A stretch of 63,814 nt of DNA, the filler included, from Vannella sp. (Eukaryota): assembly GCA_023345925.1 (NCBI GenBank). It is 8 parts of 8 records of this genome, joined end to end, with 100 filler letters (N's around TTAATTAATTAA, not from the genome) between each part and the next. Parts side by side here need not be neighbours in the genome. Positions count along the whole stretch, not along the records: positions 7,962 to 14,684 come from JAJQQN010000858.1; positions 14,785 to 22,651 come from JAJQQN010000101.1; 6 more parts are not named here. One strand, given 5' to 3'. This document shows positions 10,914-21,333 of the stretch, in pieces (the stretch's first letter is position 1; every line of letters begins with the position of its first letter). A program made the translations under genes and the position numbers. The notes beneath the pieces were generated by a model. It was not told the origin of the DNA. It did no database searches and was given only the letters and a program-made list of their open reading frames with translations.

Positions 10914-13221
10914 ATGGGAGGATTCCACTCATTCCCCATGTCTCTCTCTCCTATCAGCAGTACCCACAGCTATGGGTCTGTTGAAGACGAGGCCTCTCCA
11001 CCACCTGTTCCGGCGAGTATCCAAGCTGACATCTCGGACATCAAGAGTTACTTCAAGCATCGATCGTCGTTTCGTTGGGGAGCCATTACAGAAGAGCTGT
11101 GGGACCAAAAGTGGCTCGTGATTTCTATTGCTTTGGTGGAGCTATTCCTTCTCCTCATTGGTCTCATCGACTCGTCATGGCGAGCAATGGGGTGGAAGGC
11201 TTGGGTCTCCATTGAGGTCACTGTAGCCACGCTGACGCTCCTAGTCTCGAACAAGTTCCCACCCGCCTTCATCTTCCTCTCCGCCATGTCCACTTGCTAC
11301 GCACTGAACATCGTTACAACAGCAGAGGCACTTGAAGGCTTTAGCAACAGTGGAGTGATAACAGTGGGAGTTCTGGTACGTGTCAGACGGGTTGGTTCAG
11401 TCCCCCTTCACAACTGACAGGTTCACTCGTTAGTTCATCGTTGCCAAGGGGATAGAAGCGAGCAATGTGCTTCGATACATGGTCAAATACGTGTTACGGA
11501 GTCCTAAGAGACTCCTTTGGGCGCAGCTACGGCTCCTCATCCCTGTAGCCTTCCTCAGCGCCTTCATCAACAACACCCCCATCGTTGCTATGATGATTCC
11601 GGTGGTTCAGAGCTGGAGTAGACAGTGTGGCTTGAAGGTCACCAAACTGCTGATGCCAATGTCCTTTGCAGCGATCCTGGGTGGGACTTGCACGATCATC
11701 GGGACCAGCACCAACCTGATTGTCCAAGGCCTCGCCCTTGAGCAGGACCCAACCATTCAGATTGGGTTCTTTGAGATTGGGTGGGTTGGTATCCCTGTTG
11801 CAGTGGTATCCATGTTCTACATGCTGGTCACAAGCCCCTTTCTGCTCCCCAACTCGGATCCAGACGACATAGAAGCCGGCCCCACTCTTGTGGAGGGGAA
11901 CAAAGGCAGTCCTAACCAACGGCGGATGTACACGTGCACGCTCACACTGACCAAGGGCTCTGCAATGGTTGGAAAGAGTGTAGAAGAGGCTGGTTTGATC
12001 AAGTTACCTGGTCTAACGCTCTTCCGAGTGAAGAGGATGGAGGACAAAGAAGAGGAAAGGGACGAAGAAGCTGGTGTGAACGAAGAGGGAGAGCTAGACG
12101 CCATTGCAGTCCCTCTCGACGGAGATAAGGTGGAGGTTGATAGTGTAGACCCTGAACCTGTCGATCCAGACCTTCTCCTTTACGCTGGAGACACTCTCTT
12201 CTTCAGCGGGAAGCTCAAAAACATGTACATTCTCTACCAACTCGATGGATTAGTCCCAGCGACCACCCAAGTCTCCAAAATAGAAGGCGCACGACACAAC
12301 CGCGTCATCGTAGAGGTTGTTCTCTCACCTCACGCTTCGTATCTCGGGTGCACAGTCAGAGACTCTCACTTCCGGACAAGATACAACGCTGTCATTATCG
12401 CAGCGAATCGGTATGGCGTTCGATTGTCAAAGAAAATTGGAGATATTGTCTTGATGATGGGAGACACACTCTTGCTGGAAGCCACCACGGACTTTCTCAA
12501 GTATCACCGAGATGACTCTGACTTTGCTCTAGTGAGTGAGATTCTTCGAGGAGAAAGTACAACGCCGCGGCGGCTTTCCATTAGGATGGTTCTCGCTGTC
12601 TTATTAGCGACGATTATGGTGATTTTGTCTGCTACTGGCGTGTTTGACCTCTTGCCAGGGGCCTTGGTAGTGGCATGCCTCTATGTGGCTTTCCAGATAC
12701 TGACTTGGCAACAAGCCATCTCTTCTATTCAAGGAGATACTCTTTTGATTATTGCCGCTGCTTTTGGCCTTGGCAACGCTCTTCAGTCCTCTGGGGCTGC
12801 CCAAGTGATATCGACTACTTTGGTAACGATATTCTCTTTGGGAGGTGACATAGGTGTGTTAGCTGGCTTGTATATTTCAACAGCTCTGTTATCAGCAGTC
12901 ATTAGTAATGCAGCTACGGTCACTTTGATGTATCCCATTGCGGTGGGCTTTGCCTACTCGGCCAATATCAGTCTGAAGTGCGTCACATTTGTGTTGATGC
13001 TCGCTGCGTCTTGCAGCTTTGCCACACCTGTTGGATACCAAACTAATTTGATGGTCATGGGGCCTGGGGGATACTCTGCGGGCGACTTCCTCAAGTTTGG
13101 GGTTCCCTTAACCTTCCTGGACATGATTATTTCCGTGCTGTTGTCTTATTGGATCTGGGCGGACGATTTCCAGTCATCCAGGGAGCAGTATTACGACCAG
13201 CCTTTCAATACAGGTGTCTAA
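10914..13221 (+). CDS. SLC13/CitMHS-family Na+/sulfate cotransporter (SLT/SAC1-like) with TrkA-C domains
   Basis: EALEGFSN, SAFINNTP, GGTCTIIGTSTNL, central TrkA-C-like repeats, ISNAA, FATPVGYQTNLMVMGPGGY. GT-AG intron 11376-11433 joins the two ORFs. Confidence 0.9.
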
Positions 13222-13385
13222 GTACTTGGATTGGACCGTTAGGGAAGTGGAAAGTGCTATTCTCCGTTCTGCAAGGACGGGTGGATCACCAGAAAGAAGG
13301 TTTATGAACCAAAGGCTGAACAGGGGGCGGGAGAGCGGTGGCGTTATCAAAATACAAAGAGTGACTCCTCTCGACAGGGCTGGGC

Positions 13386-14566
13386 TTAGTAGTCAGCCAG
13401 ATCGCCGGCTGCGGCTCGGAGGAAGTCGGGAACGTCCACTTTGATGTCAGTCTTGATCGCCAAGTAGCATTCCCCGCAAACACGTTGTTCCCCAGCCATG
13501 TTCATGCGATCGATGGGCGTGCGGGATGAACTGCACTCGTTACAGAAGATGTGGCCACAATGGCGGCAGTGATGGCGCTGAAGAGGTGTGAGTATGAGAG
13601 AAGGGCTTAGGGGAGGCGTCTAGCTAGGATCTCCTTACTCTGTTGAACAAAGAGAAGGGCTTGTCACAGCCGAAGCAGTTGGGTACCTCCGAGTCCAGTT
13701 GCCACGAGGGAGCAGTTGTGGACTGTTGTGTCTGGTCCATATCCTTCCCAGAGCGCTTGAGAGGCTTACGGGCGCCCTCTGCGATACCATCTCGGTAGAA
13801 CTCTTCAAATCGGTCTCCATTTACCTCCGTGTGGATCGCCCTGTCAATCAAGCGATTGGAAAACCATTGTCCTTCAATCTTCTCGTTGTTTGCCAAGCGC
13901 AGTGTGCCGTATCTATCTCACAGCTCTTAGCGCGCTGTGGGTGACTTCAACTCCGACTTCGTACCCGTTCTTGCGGTTGTTCGACCAGTTTCCTTTGTAG
14001 ACACGACCATCAGAGTACGATTGAATGCCAACACCTTTGCAGGAGGTCAGATAGGTGAAGAGGAACAAGGGAAAGGCCGTACCATTGCACATGTCACGGA
14101 GGAACTGTCCCACATAGACGTCCTCATTGGGCCATGAGAACACGCCTATCAAGAGGGTTAGGGGTTTACAGTTTTCCTATGGAACGGGAAGTCCGCCCAC
14201 ACAGGCGGCTGCAGTTTACGTACCAAACCCCTGCTTGTAGCCCGCGAACCACTGGCCCTCATAGCGGCGTCCGTTCTTGTAAGTGTACGTTCCTTTCCCA
14301 TGCATCAGACTGTTCTTCCACTCTCCGTTGTAGGTGTCTCCTCCTTTCCAGCGGAAGGTTCCTATTGTTTTCTCATCAAAGCGGAACTCGCCCACGTACT
14401 GCGGATAAAGTCAGCAGGAGGATTGAGAAAGAGTCCACCATACCTGGTCACCGTCGTCCCAGGTGAGGGTGCCCATGCCGTGCTTCATGCCATCCTTGGT
14501 CTCGCCCTCATAGGTGGCGCTCCCTGTCACCACTTCTTTGTTTCGAGCATCGCTTTTACTAGTCAT
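13386..14566 (-). CDS. MORN-repeat plus FYVE zinc-finger protein (multi-exon)
   Basis: MORN units (YEGETKDGMKHGMGTLTWDDG; YSDGRVYKGNWSNNRKNG) then FYVE motifs WQLDSEVPNCFGC..FSLFNR, RHHCRHCGHIFCNEC and RVCGEC. Confidence 0.85.
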
Positions 14567-14684
14567 CCTCTATGTTGTCTCGCTGTCTCACTCGTGCAGG
14601 CGCTGTGGCTTCCAGGAGTAGAACAACGGAGTGAAGTGCCGACGAGGAAAAAGCAAAAACTTGGTTTGCATTTCCCCTCCCACT

Positions 14685-14784
14685 NNNNNNNNNNNNNNNN
14701 NNNNNNNNNNNNNNNNNNNNNNNNNNNNTTAATTAATTAANNNNNNNNNNNNNNNNNNNNNNNNNNNNNNNNNNNNNNNNNNNN
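14685..14784. other. Artificial contig linker
   Basis: N44-TTAATTAATTAA-N44. Confidence 0.99.
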
Positions 14785-15007
14785 GTTGAGGTCTTTATCA
14801 CGATCCAGAGTGCAAGCTCGTGCTGCGACACTTGCAAGTTGCCCAGTCTCCTTCATTTGAAGGCCAAGGCATCGAACAGGAAGGCCAGTAAGAAATGCCT
14901 TTTCTAACCCTTTCATGAACCAGTCTGCTGTTCATCAAGCACGGTTCGAAAGGCAGAAGAATGACATTTAATGGGTGGAAAGGGAAGGGGCTGGGACAGC
15001 GACTGGG

Positions 15008-15418
15008 TCACCGTCTTGTGGAAGAGGGGAGGAGATTGCGGGTTCTTGACTTTGAAGAGAGAAGGGGCAGAAGGTGAGTCTGGTCCTCTTCGATGGCCCA
15101 CTGCTTGGGCGATTTGTTTTCAGAGTCTAACTTGCCGACGTTTGCGCCTTTGGAGATCAGCAAGGCGACGATTTCCTTGTGACCTTCCTTGACAGCCCAA
15201 TGGAGGGGGGTCTCATTGAAGCAGTTGGGGGAGTCGATTGGTATACCCAGACGGAGTAAGCACAAGATGAAACGAGCATCCTCCCTCAAAGCAGCGAAAT
15301 GAAGTGGCGTGGTTCCGAAGTCGGTGTTGCAGTGGATGTAAGAGCTCAACCTCCTCATTTTCCTCTCATCAAAGGACTCTCCCACCAAGTGGCGAGTTAA
15401 GGGGGTCCAAGCAGTCAT
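15008..15418 (-). CDS. Small ankyrin-repeat protein
   Basis: GTTPLHFAA, NETPLHWAVKEGHKEIVALLISKGANV, NKSPKQWA. Confidence 0.85.
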   Translation of the reverse strand: MTAWTPLTRHLVGESFDERKMRRLSSYIHCNTDFGTTPLHFAALREDARFILCLLRLGIPIDSPNCFNETPLHWAVKEGHKEIVALLISKGANVGKLDSENKSPKQWAIEEDQTHLLPLLSSKSRTRNLLPSSTRR

Positions 15419-16012
15419 AAGCAGGCGACCGTTGGAAAGTGGCGAGGTGGCACCAGTCCTAAAGAAGACGACGAACTGCGGGAAAGCAAGCTACTGCGAG
15501 TCCTTCGTAGTCAATCAGACCCTTCAAGAAGATGTACTGCGAGTCCATCGAAGTCCATCGCGAACGATTCTTAGAAGGTGAAGAATCCCCGTTTCTTGCT
15601 AAATTCCTTTCCCATTCAGGAAACGCAGAATTTTCATTTTCTCGTAACGACTGAAAAACAGGCTATTTATGAGAGTGACAGTTGAGGAATCGGAATGTGA
15701 TCAAAATGTCAGTCGAGACTTCGAAGATCCTCGAACTGGTTGCAGACGAAAGAGTTTGAGAACGACAGGAAGTTACCTATTCAAGAGACACCAAATGGAA
15801 GTGGAGTAGTCGAAGCTTCGGATCACGGTCTAGTCTCCCCGGACTAATTGGACAATGTAGGAGAGCCTGGAACTTCCAGTGGTTCGGATGATAAGCTGTC
15901 AAGCCGATTGTGATTGGGTTGATGGAATGTCTGGTGAGTCTAATGAGTCTTCTATAGTTCATTAAAGGATTGCTTGGTTCTCAAACGGGACCTAGACACT
16001 TTGGAAGATTGT

Positions 16013-16522
16013 TTATAGCCAACCAAACTCTCTGGCAAGTTCTTCGGTGGTGAATGGGGCTAAAAAAGAGTAATCTGAAAGTGCTGGCTCCTCATCCGAT
16101 GAAGAAAAAGGAGAGAGAGGGTTTCCTCGCTCACACCAGACCATCGAGAGATGGACGTCGGAAGGCTCCAAGTAGTTGAAAATCCAAATCTTGTAATTGG
16201 GGGGCGTGTCTAGAACTCCTTCTTGGTCTCCCGCGGTCCGCCTCGTTCCAAGTTTGTAGAAAGTAAGTGATCCAGTGATTCCATCCACACGTTGGGTTGT
16301 AATTCGGTTCCTGCTTTGGTTCCACAGCCAAGAGCCACCTCTTGGAAGGTGACGCGTTCGAAGAAAGAAGGGCACAACAAAGTAGTTTCCTCCCTGACTT
16401 ACTTCTTCGAGGCTTGGGATCTCGTTCACGTCGTTACGGTTCTCTAAAGCTCCTTCGAACACCTCAATCGCTCTGATGCTGTCAGGCGAGAAGCCTGCAT
16501 GTCTCTCAAACATTGGCATCAT
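16013..16522 (-). CDS. Hypothetical protein, tandem paralog A (possible CG-1-like DNA-binding domain)
   Basis: Intronless 169-aa ORF that aligns end to end with 17186-17674 (FERH, LRTRxLPRG, WNQSRNRI, FYKLGTRR, PPNYKIW, DYSFLAPFTTExLAREFGWL). Confidence 0.75.
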   Translation of the reverse strand: MMPMFERHAGFSPDSIRAIEVFEGALENRNDVNEIPSLEEVSQGGNYFVVPFFLRTRHLPRGGSWLWNQSRNRITTQRVDGITGSLTFYKLGTRRTAGDQEGVLDTPPNYKIWIFNYLEPSDVHLSMVWCERGNPLSPFSSSDEEPALSDYSFLAPFTTEELAREFGWL

Positions 16523-17185
16523 GCGAATGAATGGAAGAACATCCCTTCAATTCATCTACACATTCAGATTCGCCCTAGAAATAAGCCCAGGTGAAGGGAA
16601 CATTGTCCTGTTTAAGCAAAAGGGTGTTCCATTTTGGAAAAACTCTTTCAACTATTGGGCCAAATCCAAGAATACTTTCCTCATTTGGAATTATCCACCC
16701 AATTTTGCATCTTTGCGCCAAAGTGGTTTTATTAGCTTTAGTGGAATGAACTGCCCATTCGGAATCAATTTGGTGGGCAAAGTCGGAGCAGGTGTTGGTC
16801 ATAACGAAGACCCAGCGTTGAGCAGTGTTCTCTTCACAGAACCTCTCGAGATCGCTTTCGAGTGGGACGCTCTTGTGATCCTACAAGAAGAGGAACTTCT
16901 ATTCGCGTCGTCATTGCGTCCTCTTCTTAAACTCCAACCTCCTTTGTCGCGGGGGAGTCATGAAGGATCTCTTCGGTTCTTGCCAACCCTCAATGATGGA
17001 GTGCTTTCGACCAACAGGGCGTCCTCTCCGCTCCAGACGGCTTCTGTGGCCAAGCCGGGCGATCAACAAAGAGCTGGTGAGTTCCCTTCGATGCATTTAC
17101 ACCCAGGTCAGACCGGTGGGACAGCGCCTCAATACAAAGTGAGAAAGTTCAGCAATGCTGTCTCTACGAGCCACAAAAACGCGGT

Positions 17186-17674
17186 TTATAACCATCCAAA
17201 CTCTCTGGCAAGAGCCTCTGTAGTGAACGGGGCCAGAAATGAGTAATCTGCGAGTGAAGGCACATCTTCCGTGGCAGAAAGAGGTTCTCCCCTCTCGCAC
17301 CAAACCATCGAGAGATGCCCAGTGGAAGGATCAAAATAGTTGAAAACCCATATCTTGTAATTGGGGGGTGTTTCTTGAACTCCAAAGCCTCGCCTCGTCC
17401 CCAGTTTGTAGAAGAGAAGCGATCCTGGATTTCCATCAACGCGTTGGGATGAGATGCGGTTCCTGCTTTGGTTCCACACCCAACTAGCACCTCTTGGAAG
17501 ATTCCTCGTTCGGAGAAGGAAGGATACAACGAAGGAATTTCCACTCAGGCACAGCGCTTGCAGCGGAGGGATCTCCAGGACTGTTTGGAACCCGTTGATC
17601 AACGTTTGTTCCAGGAAGCACATCGCTCTCTCGTTGTCGGGTGAGAGGCCACCGTGTCTCTCAAACATCAGCAT
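17186..17674 (-). CDS. Hypothetical protein, tandem paralog B (possible CG-1-like DNA-binding domain)
   Basis: Intronless 162-aa paralog of 16013-16522; conservation at the protein level supports coding status. Confidence 0.75.
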   Translation of the reverse strand: MLMFERHGGLSPDNERAMCFLEQTLINGFQTVLEIPPLQALCLSGNSFVVSFLLRTRNLPRGASWVWNQSRNRISSQRVDGNPGSLLFYKLGTRRGFGVQETPPNYKIWVFNYFDPSTGHLSMVWCERGEPLSATEDVPSLADYSFLAPFTTEALAREFGWL

Positions 17675-17934
17675 AGCAATGATTCATCTTGTGCCGCGAG
17701 CTCAGCCCCCATTCAAGTTCGTCTTCAAAACGAACAGAACGAACCTGTTCCCTTTTTGGGCAAACCCCCAAAAGTGGACTAATGTTCCAAGAACACTCGC
17801 CATATTTGGACGTGACCCTTTTCCCTTTTGCAACATTTATTCAACAACTGTTTATTGCACCAAAGCGGTTTAAATAGCTTTCTATTTTAAGGGGGACTTG
17901 AAGTTGTGGATCTTCATCCGTCAGGCATTAGCTA

Positions 17935-19104
17935 ATGGCAGTTGGGTTGAGCCGGGCGTGTTGGGCTCGGAGTGGTTCTCTTCTCCGAGAAGGGAAGAGA
18001 TCATTCGCTTCTGTGGAAGCGGATGAGTTCCCTCTCGCGCTAGTCGGAGCTGCAGTCAGACAGATGGACGTGATCAGCTTCTTGGAAGCTCCTGGACCGA
18101 TCTTTGACGCGAGAAGTCCTGCAGAGTACGAGAAAGGCCACATCCCTGGTGCAGTCAGCCTCCCCCTGTTTACAGACAACCAAAGGGCTCTTGTTGGAAC
18201 CACCTACAAGCGACAAGGCCGAGAAATGGCGGTGGAGCTGGGCTTTGAGCTGGCTGGCCCTCGCTTTGTCGAGATAGTACGAGAAGCAAAGCGCATTGCT
18301 CTGCATAAGGATGCCCCTGTCCGTGTGCACTGTTGGAGAGGAGGCATGCGGAGTGGAGCAGTGGCTTGGTGCTTGCAATTAGCTGGTCTCCAGCCCGTTC
18401 TGTTAGCTGGAGGGCACAAGAGCTTCCGTCAGTGGACCAAGGACATCCTCAGTCAGCCCAGGAGGATCGTCCTGGTGGGTGGGGTGACTGGAACGGGCAA
18501 GACCAACTTGCTCCACGCTCTTGCTGCTCAAGGAGAGCAAGTTCTGGACTTGGAAGGCTTAGCAAGTCATCGTGGAAGTACCTTTGGTGCTGTCTGTTTG
18601 CCTCCTCAGCCATCCTCTCAAATGTTTGAGAACAAAGTTGCCATTGCTTGGCATCAACTGGACCCTTCCCGTCCTGTTTGGGTTGAAGCAGAGAGCAGGA
18701 ACATCGGGAGATGTAGGATACCGCCAGAGCTTTATCAGCAGATGGAGTTGGCAGAGTCAATTGACATAGTTCGACCAGTTCCCGAACGGTTGGCCCTTTT
18801 AGTGGAGATCTACGGCTCTGCTTCTCGAGATCTCTTAGTGGAAGCTTCTTTGAGAATTGAGAAGAAACTGGGCAAGGAACGGACCCAAGAAGTGATCCAA
18901 TTCATTCAAGAAGAGGACTTGCACTCTGCATTTGCTCTTCTTCTGACATACTACGACAGAACATACCAGTACGCTCAGGAGAAGAGACGCGTATCTCAGA
19001 AGGTGGATATGACAGGACTCTCTGCAAGTCAGGCTGCTCAGAAACTCTTCTCCACCTTCCAATCCCTCCCTCACTCACAGCCCTTTGGCTCATTAAAGGA
19101 GTAA
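17935..19104 (+). CDS. selU: tRNA 2-selenouridine(34) synthase with mitochondrial-presequence-like N-terminus; intronless
   Basis: Rhodanese domain DARSPAEYEKGHIPGAVSLPLF...VGTTYKRQG...HCWRGGMRS, linker LAGGHKSFR, P-loop GGVTGTGKT, DLEGLASHRGSTFG, QPSSQMFEN, WVEAESRNIG and LLTYYDRTY. Confidence 0.93.
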   Translation: MAVGLSRACWARSGSLLREGKRSFASVEADEFPLALVGAAVRQMDVISFLEAPGPIFDARSPAEYEKGHIPGAVSLPLFTDNQRALVGTTYKRQGREMAVELGFELAGPRFVEIVREAKRIALHKDAPVRVHCWRGGMRSGAVAWCLQLAGLQPVLLAGGHKSFRQWTKDILSQPRRIVLVGGVTGTGKTNLLHALAAQGEQVLDLEGLASHRGSTFGAVCLPPQPSSQMFENKVAIAWHQLDPSRPVWVEAESRNIGRCRIPPELYQQMELAESIDIVRPVPERLALLVEIYGSASRDLLVEASLRIEKKLGKERTQEVIQFIQEEDLHSAFALLLTYYDRTYQYAQEKRRVSQKVDMTGLSASQAAQKLFSTFQSLPHSQPFGSLKE

Positions 19105-19126
19105 CGTAGACACTTTGGTTCACCCC

Positions 19127-21047
19127 TTACAGATTAGCTTGCCCTGGCATGCAGGAACCAAGTAGTGTCTCCAAGAGGATCCAAAATGTGATGGATTCGA
19201 GAGGAAGGAACGGAAGTGAAGGGAGCGGAGTCGTCTGTTGGATCCTAGAAGCTTTATCGTACATTGCATAACGCAAGGAAGGCGAAGTGTCTCAGAAGTG
19301 GCTTACTTAACCTCTCCTGGACCTTCCAGCTTGAAGCGGATGGTGATGATGCCTGCGTCTCGATCGTATTGGATCTCCTTTGAAGTGACATCGATATGGA
19401 TTGCAGTAGGGATAGGAACTACTCTACGGGAGTGTTCAGCAAGCTCGTTTGCGCCAGCTACTTGCTCATCCTCAGAAGGATTGAACGGAACGCGGGAGGA
19501 AACAGCCAATATGCATTCTGTCTTCCTCGCGGAGCACTCAAACTGATCCCAAGCGTCAGAGACTATCCCTGATTGAACATAGAACCTCTCTTGATGCTTA
19601 CCTTGCCCTTAGCGATGGTGCGGCAGTAGAGAGTAAAGTGTGTGGCGCTCTTTGTCATCGTCACGCTGATGGGAACACACGCTTGACCAGCTGTCTTAAG
19701 GTTGGCTCCACTCTTAGGTGATCTGGTGCCACAGGTGAGAGAAGGCGAGGAGGTATCGAGAGAAACTTACGTTTGTGATGTTCTCGATGAATCCCAGTCT
19801 GCTGGGCCTGCACGGAAGACCAGACAAGTGGTATGATCCATCTTTCCAGGGTAATGCGTGTAGTCTTTGGGCTCAGCACGGCCTGGTTGAGCCTCCATGA
19901 AGGCTCGGCTGCACCGCGTGGTCTTGGAGGAGTGCTCCATTGCACACTCCAAGAGGTTCAGAGGCGTGTACGAGCGATCTTTCATCAATTCCCTAAAGAA
20001 CTTCACTCGGAAACGCGACGCAATCTCCTCTACATCCACACCAGCCGTTGCCATCGCCGCCCAGGAGGCATATTCGCCCATTTTGATGTCAGCAGGGGTG
20101 AAGCCGAGGGCGTTGGGGTGTAGATTGTCGTGCACGCCATCACTCATGGCCATGATCATGTCCCCAGGCTCGACGCGGTAGCAGAAGGTCGACAAGTTCC
20201 GCAAATCAGGTGCGCCATCGTGCATCACCGGACCCAAGCGTCCTCCGCAGTCTGTCGCACTCTTACTTTCACAACGATTGGTCATTGTGATATCTATGAT
20301 CTCATTGGAGCCTCCACGGATGAGGAAAGCCTTGCAATCACCGACCGAGGTGCAAACAAAGGCCCACTCGTTGGGTTGCGCCGCATCAGGGCCTTCAATC
20401 TCTAAGCAGATACCAGCTAATAGAGTAGTACTTCCTATCTCCTCATCACGGGAGTGTTTCTCACAGATACGCCTGTGAGCTTCACTGAAGGAGCGGAGTA
20501 GGTACAGCTTCGCATCGTTAACAGTGAGTATTTTGGGGTTCTTCTCTTTCAAGTAACTCATCACAGCGTTCCTGGCTCTTTCAGCAGCCTTGCGGGGCCT
20601 TTCTCCCCAATTGCATCCGTCTGCAACGACGACAATACTCCTGTTAGCGAACTGGTAGAAGCCATAGCGATCGCAGATAGGATCTCCCTCTCTTCCAGAA
20701 GCCCCTGGTTGCAATCGACGTGGGTAGGTGGAGATAGTGCGAGCGCAAACTCGTTCCCCAAAGATTTGCGTTTGTTCTTCTTCACTCCCTTCGACCTGCA
20801 TCACATCAGCACATACAAGGTCATGGAGCACCAGTCCACTCACCGCCTTTGGTCCGAAGACAGTGATAAGCGGGTTAGTGTCCAACAAAGGAACAATCAC
20901 GCGGTTCTTCAGCTGTGGAAGTTCATCTGCAGCGATGACGCGCTCCCTCTCCGCATCATCTAAGAAGGGCTTTTCTGCGTCATGTATCCCCTGCTGCATC
21001 GCACGGATCTGCGCAACATACGCAGACCCGTCTCCCACCTCGGTCAT
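19127..21047 (-). CDS. PP2C-like (PPM-type, CG9801-like) phosphatase-domain protein; 3' exons approximate
   Basis: VADGCNWG, GSTTL, SVGDCK, DCGGRLG, PDLRNL, SDGVHDNL and GKMDHTT motifs; GTAAG donor near 19770. Confidence 0.8.
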
Positions 21048-21333
21048 CCCGAAAATAACAAATTGATTGATGGGAAGTTACCTCCCAAAGCAACCCATCA
21101 TCAAGTATCATTCAAAGAACATTCCAACTCAATGCCATGACTGAACCAGCTCGTCCCCTCTTTGGGCCTAATAAAGCTTCGCTCTGGTTCCTCTGGCAAA
21201 CTCTCTCTGCCAATTGGACAGGCATTGATGTCAGGAAGGTTCTAACCTGCTCAGAAAGGGTGGACGGTCAACCTGTCACCCAGACGTGTCAAAGGACCGA
21301 CAGTTCGGTTCTTTGATCACTTTGCAGAAGCTC

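Noticed and set aside
16476..17246. 256-aa plus-strand ORF overlapping both tandem paralogs
   Set aside because: Antisense to two mutually conserved genes and without recognisable features; likely a shadow ORF.
10914..19104. Sulfate (potential selenate) transporter near selU suggesting a selenium cluster
   Set aside because: The two genes are on different contigs separated by the linker at 14685-14784.
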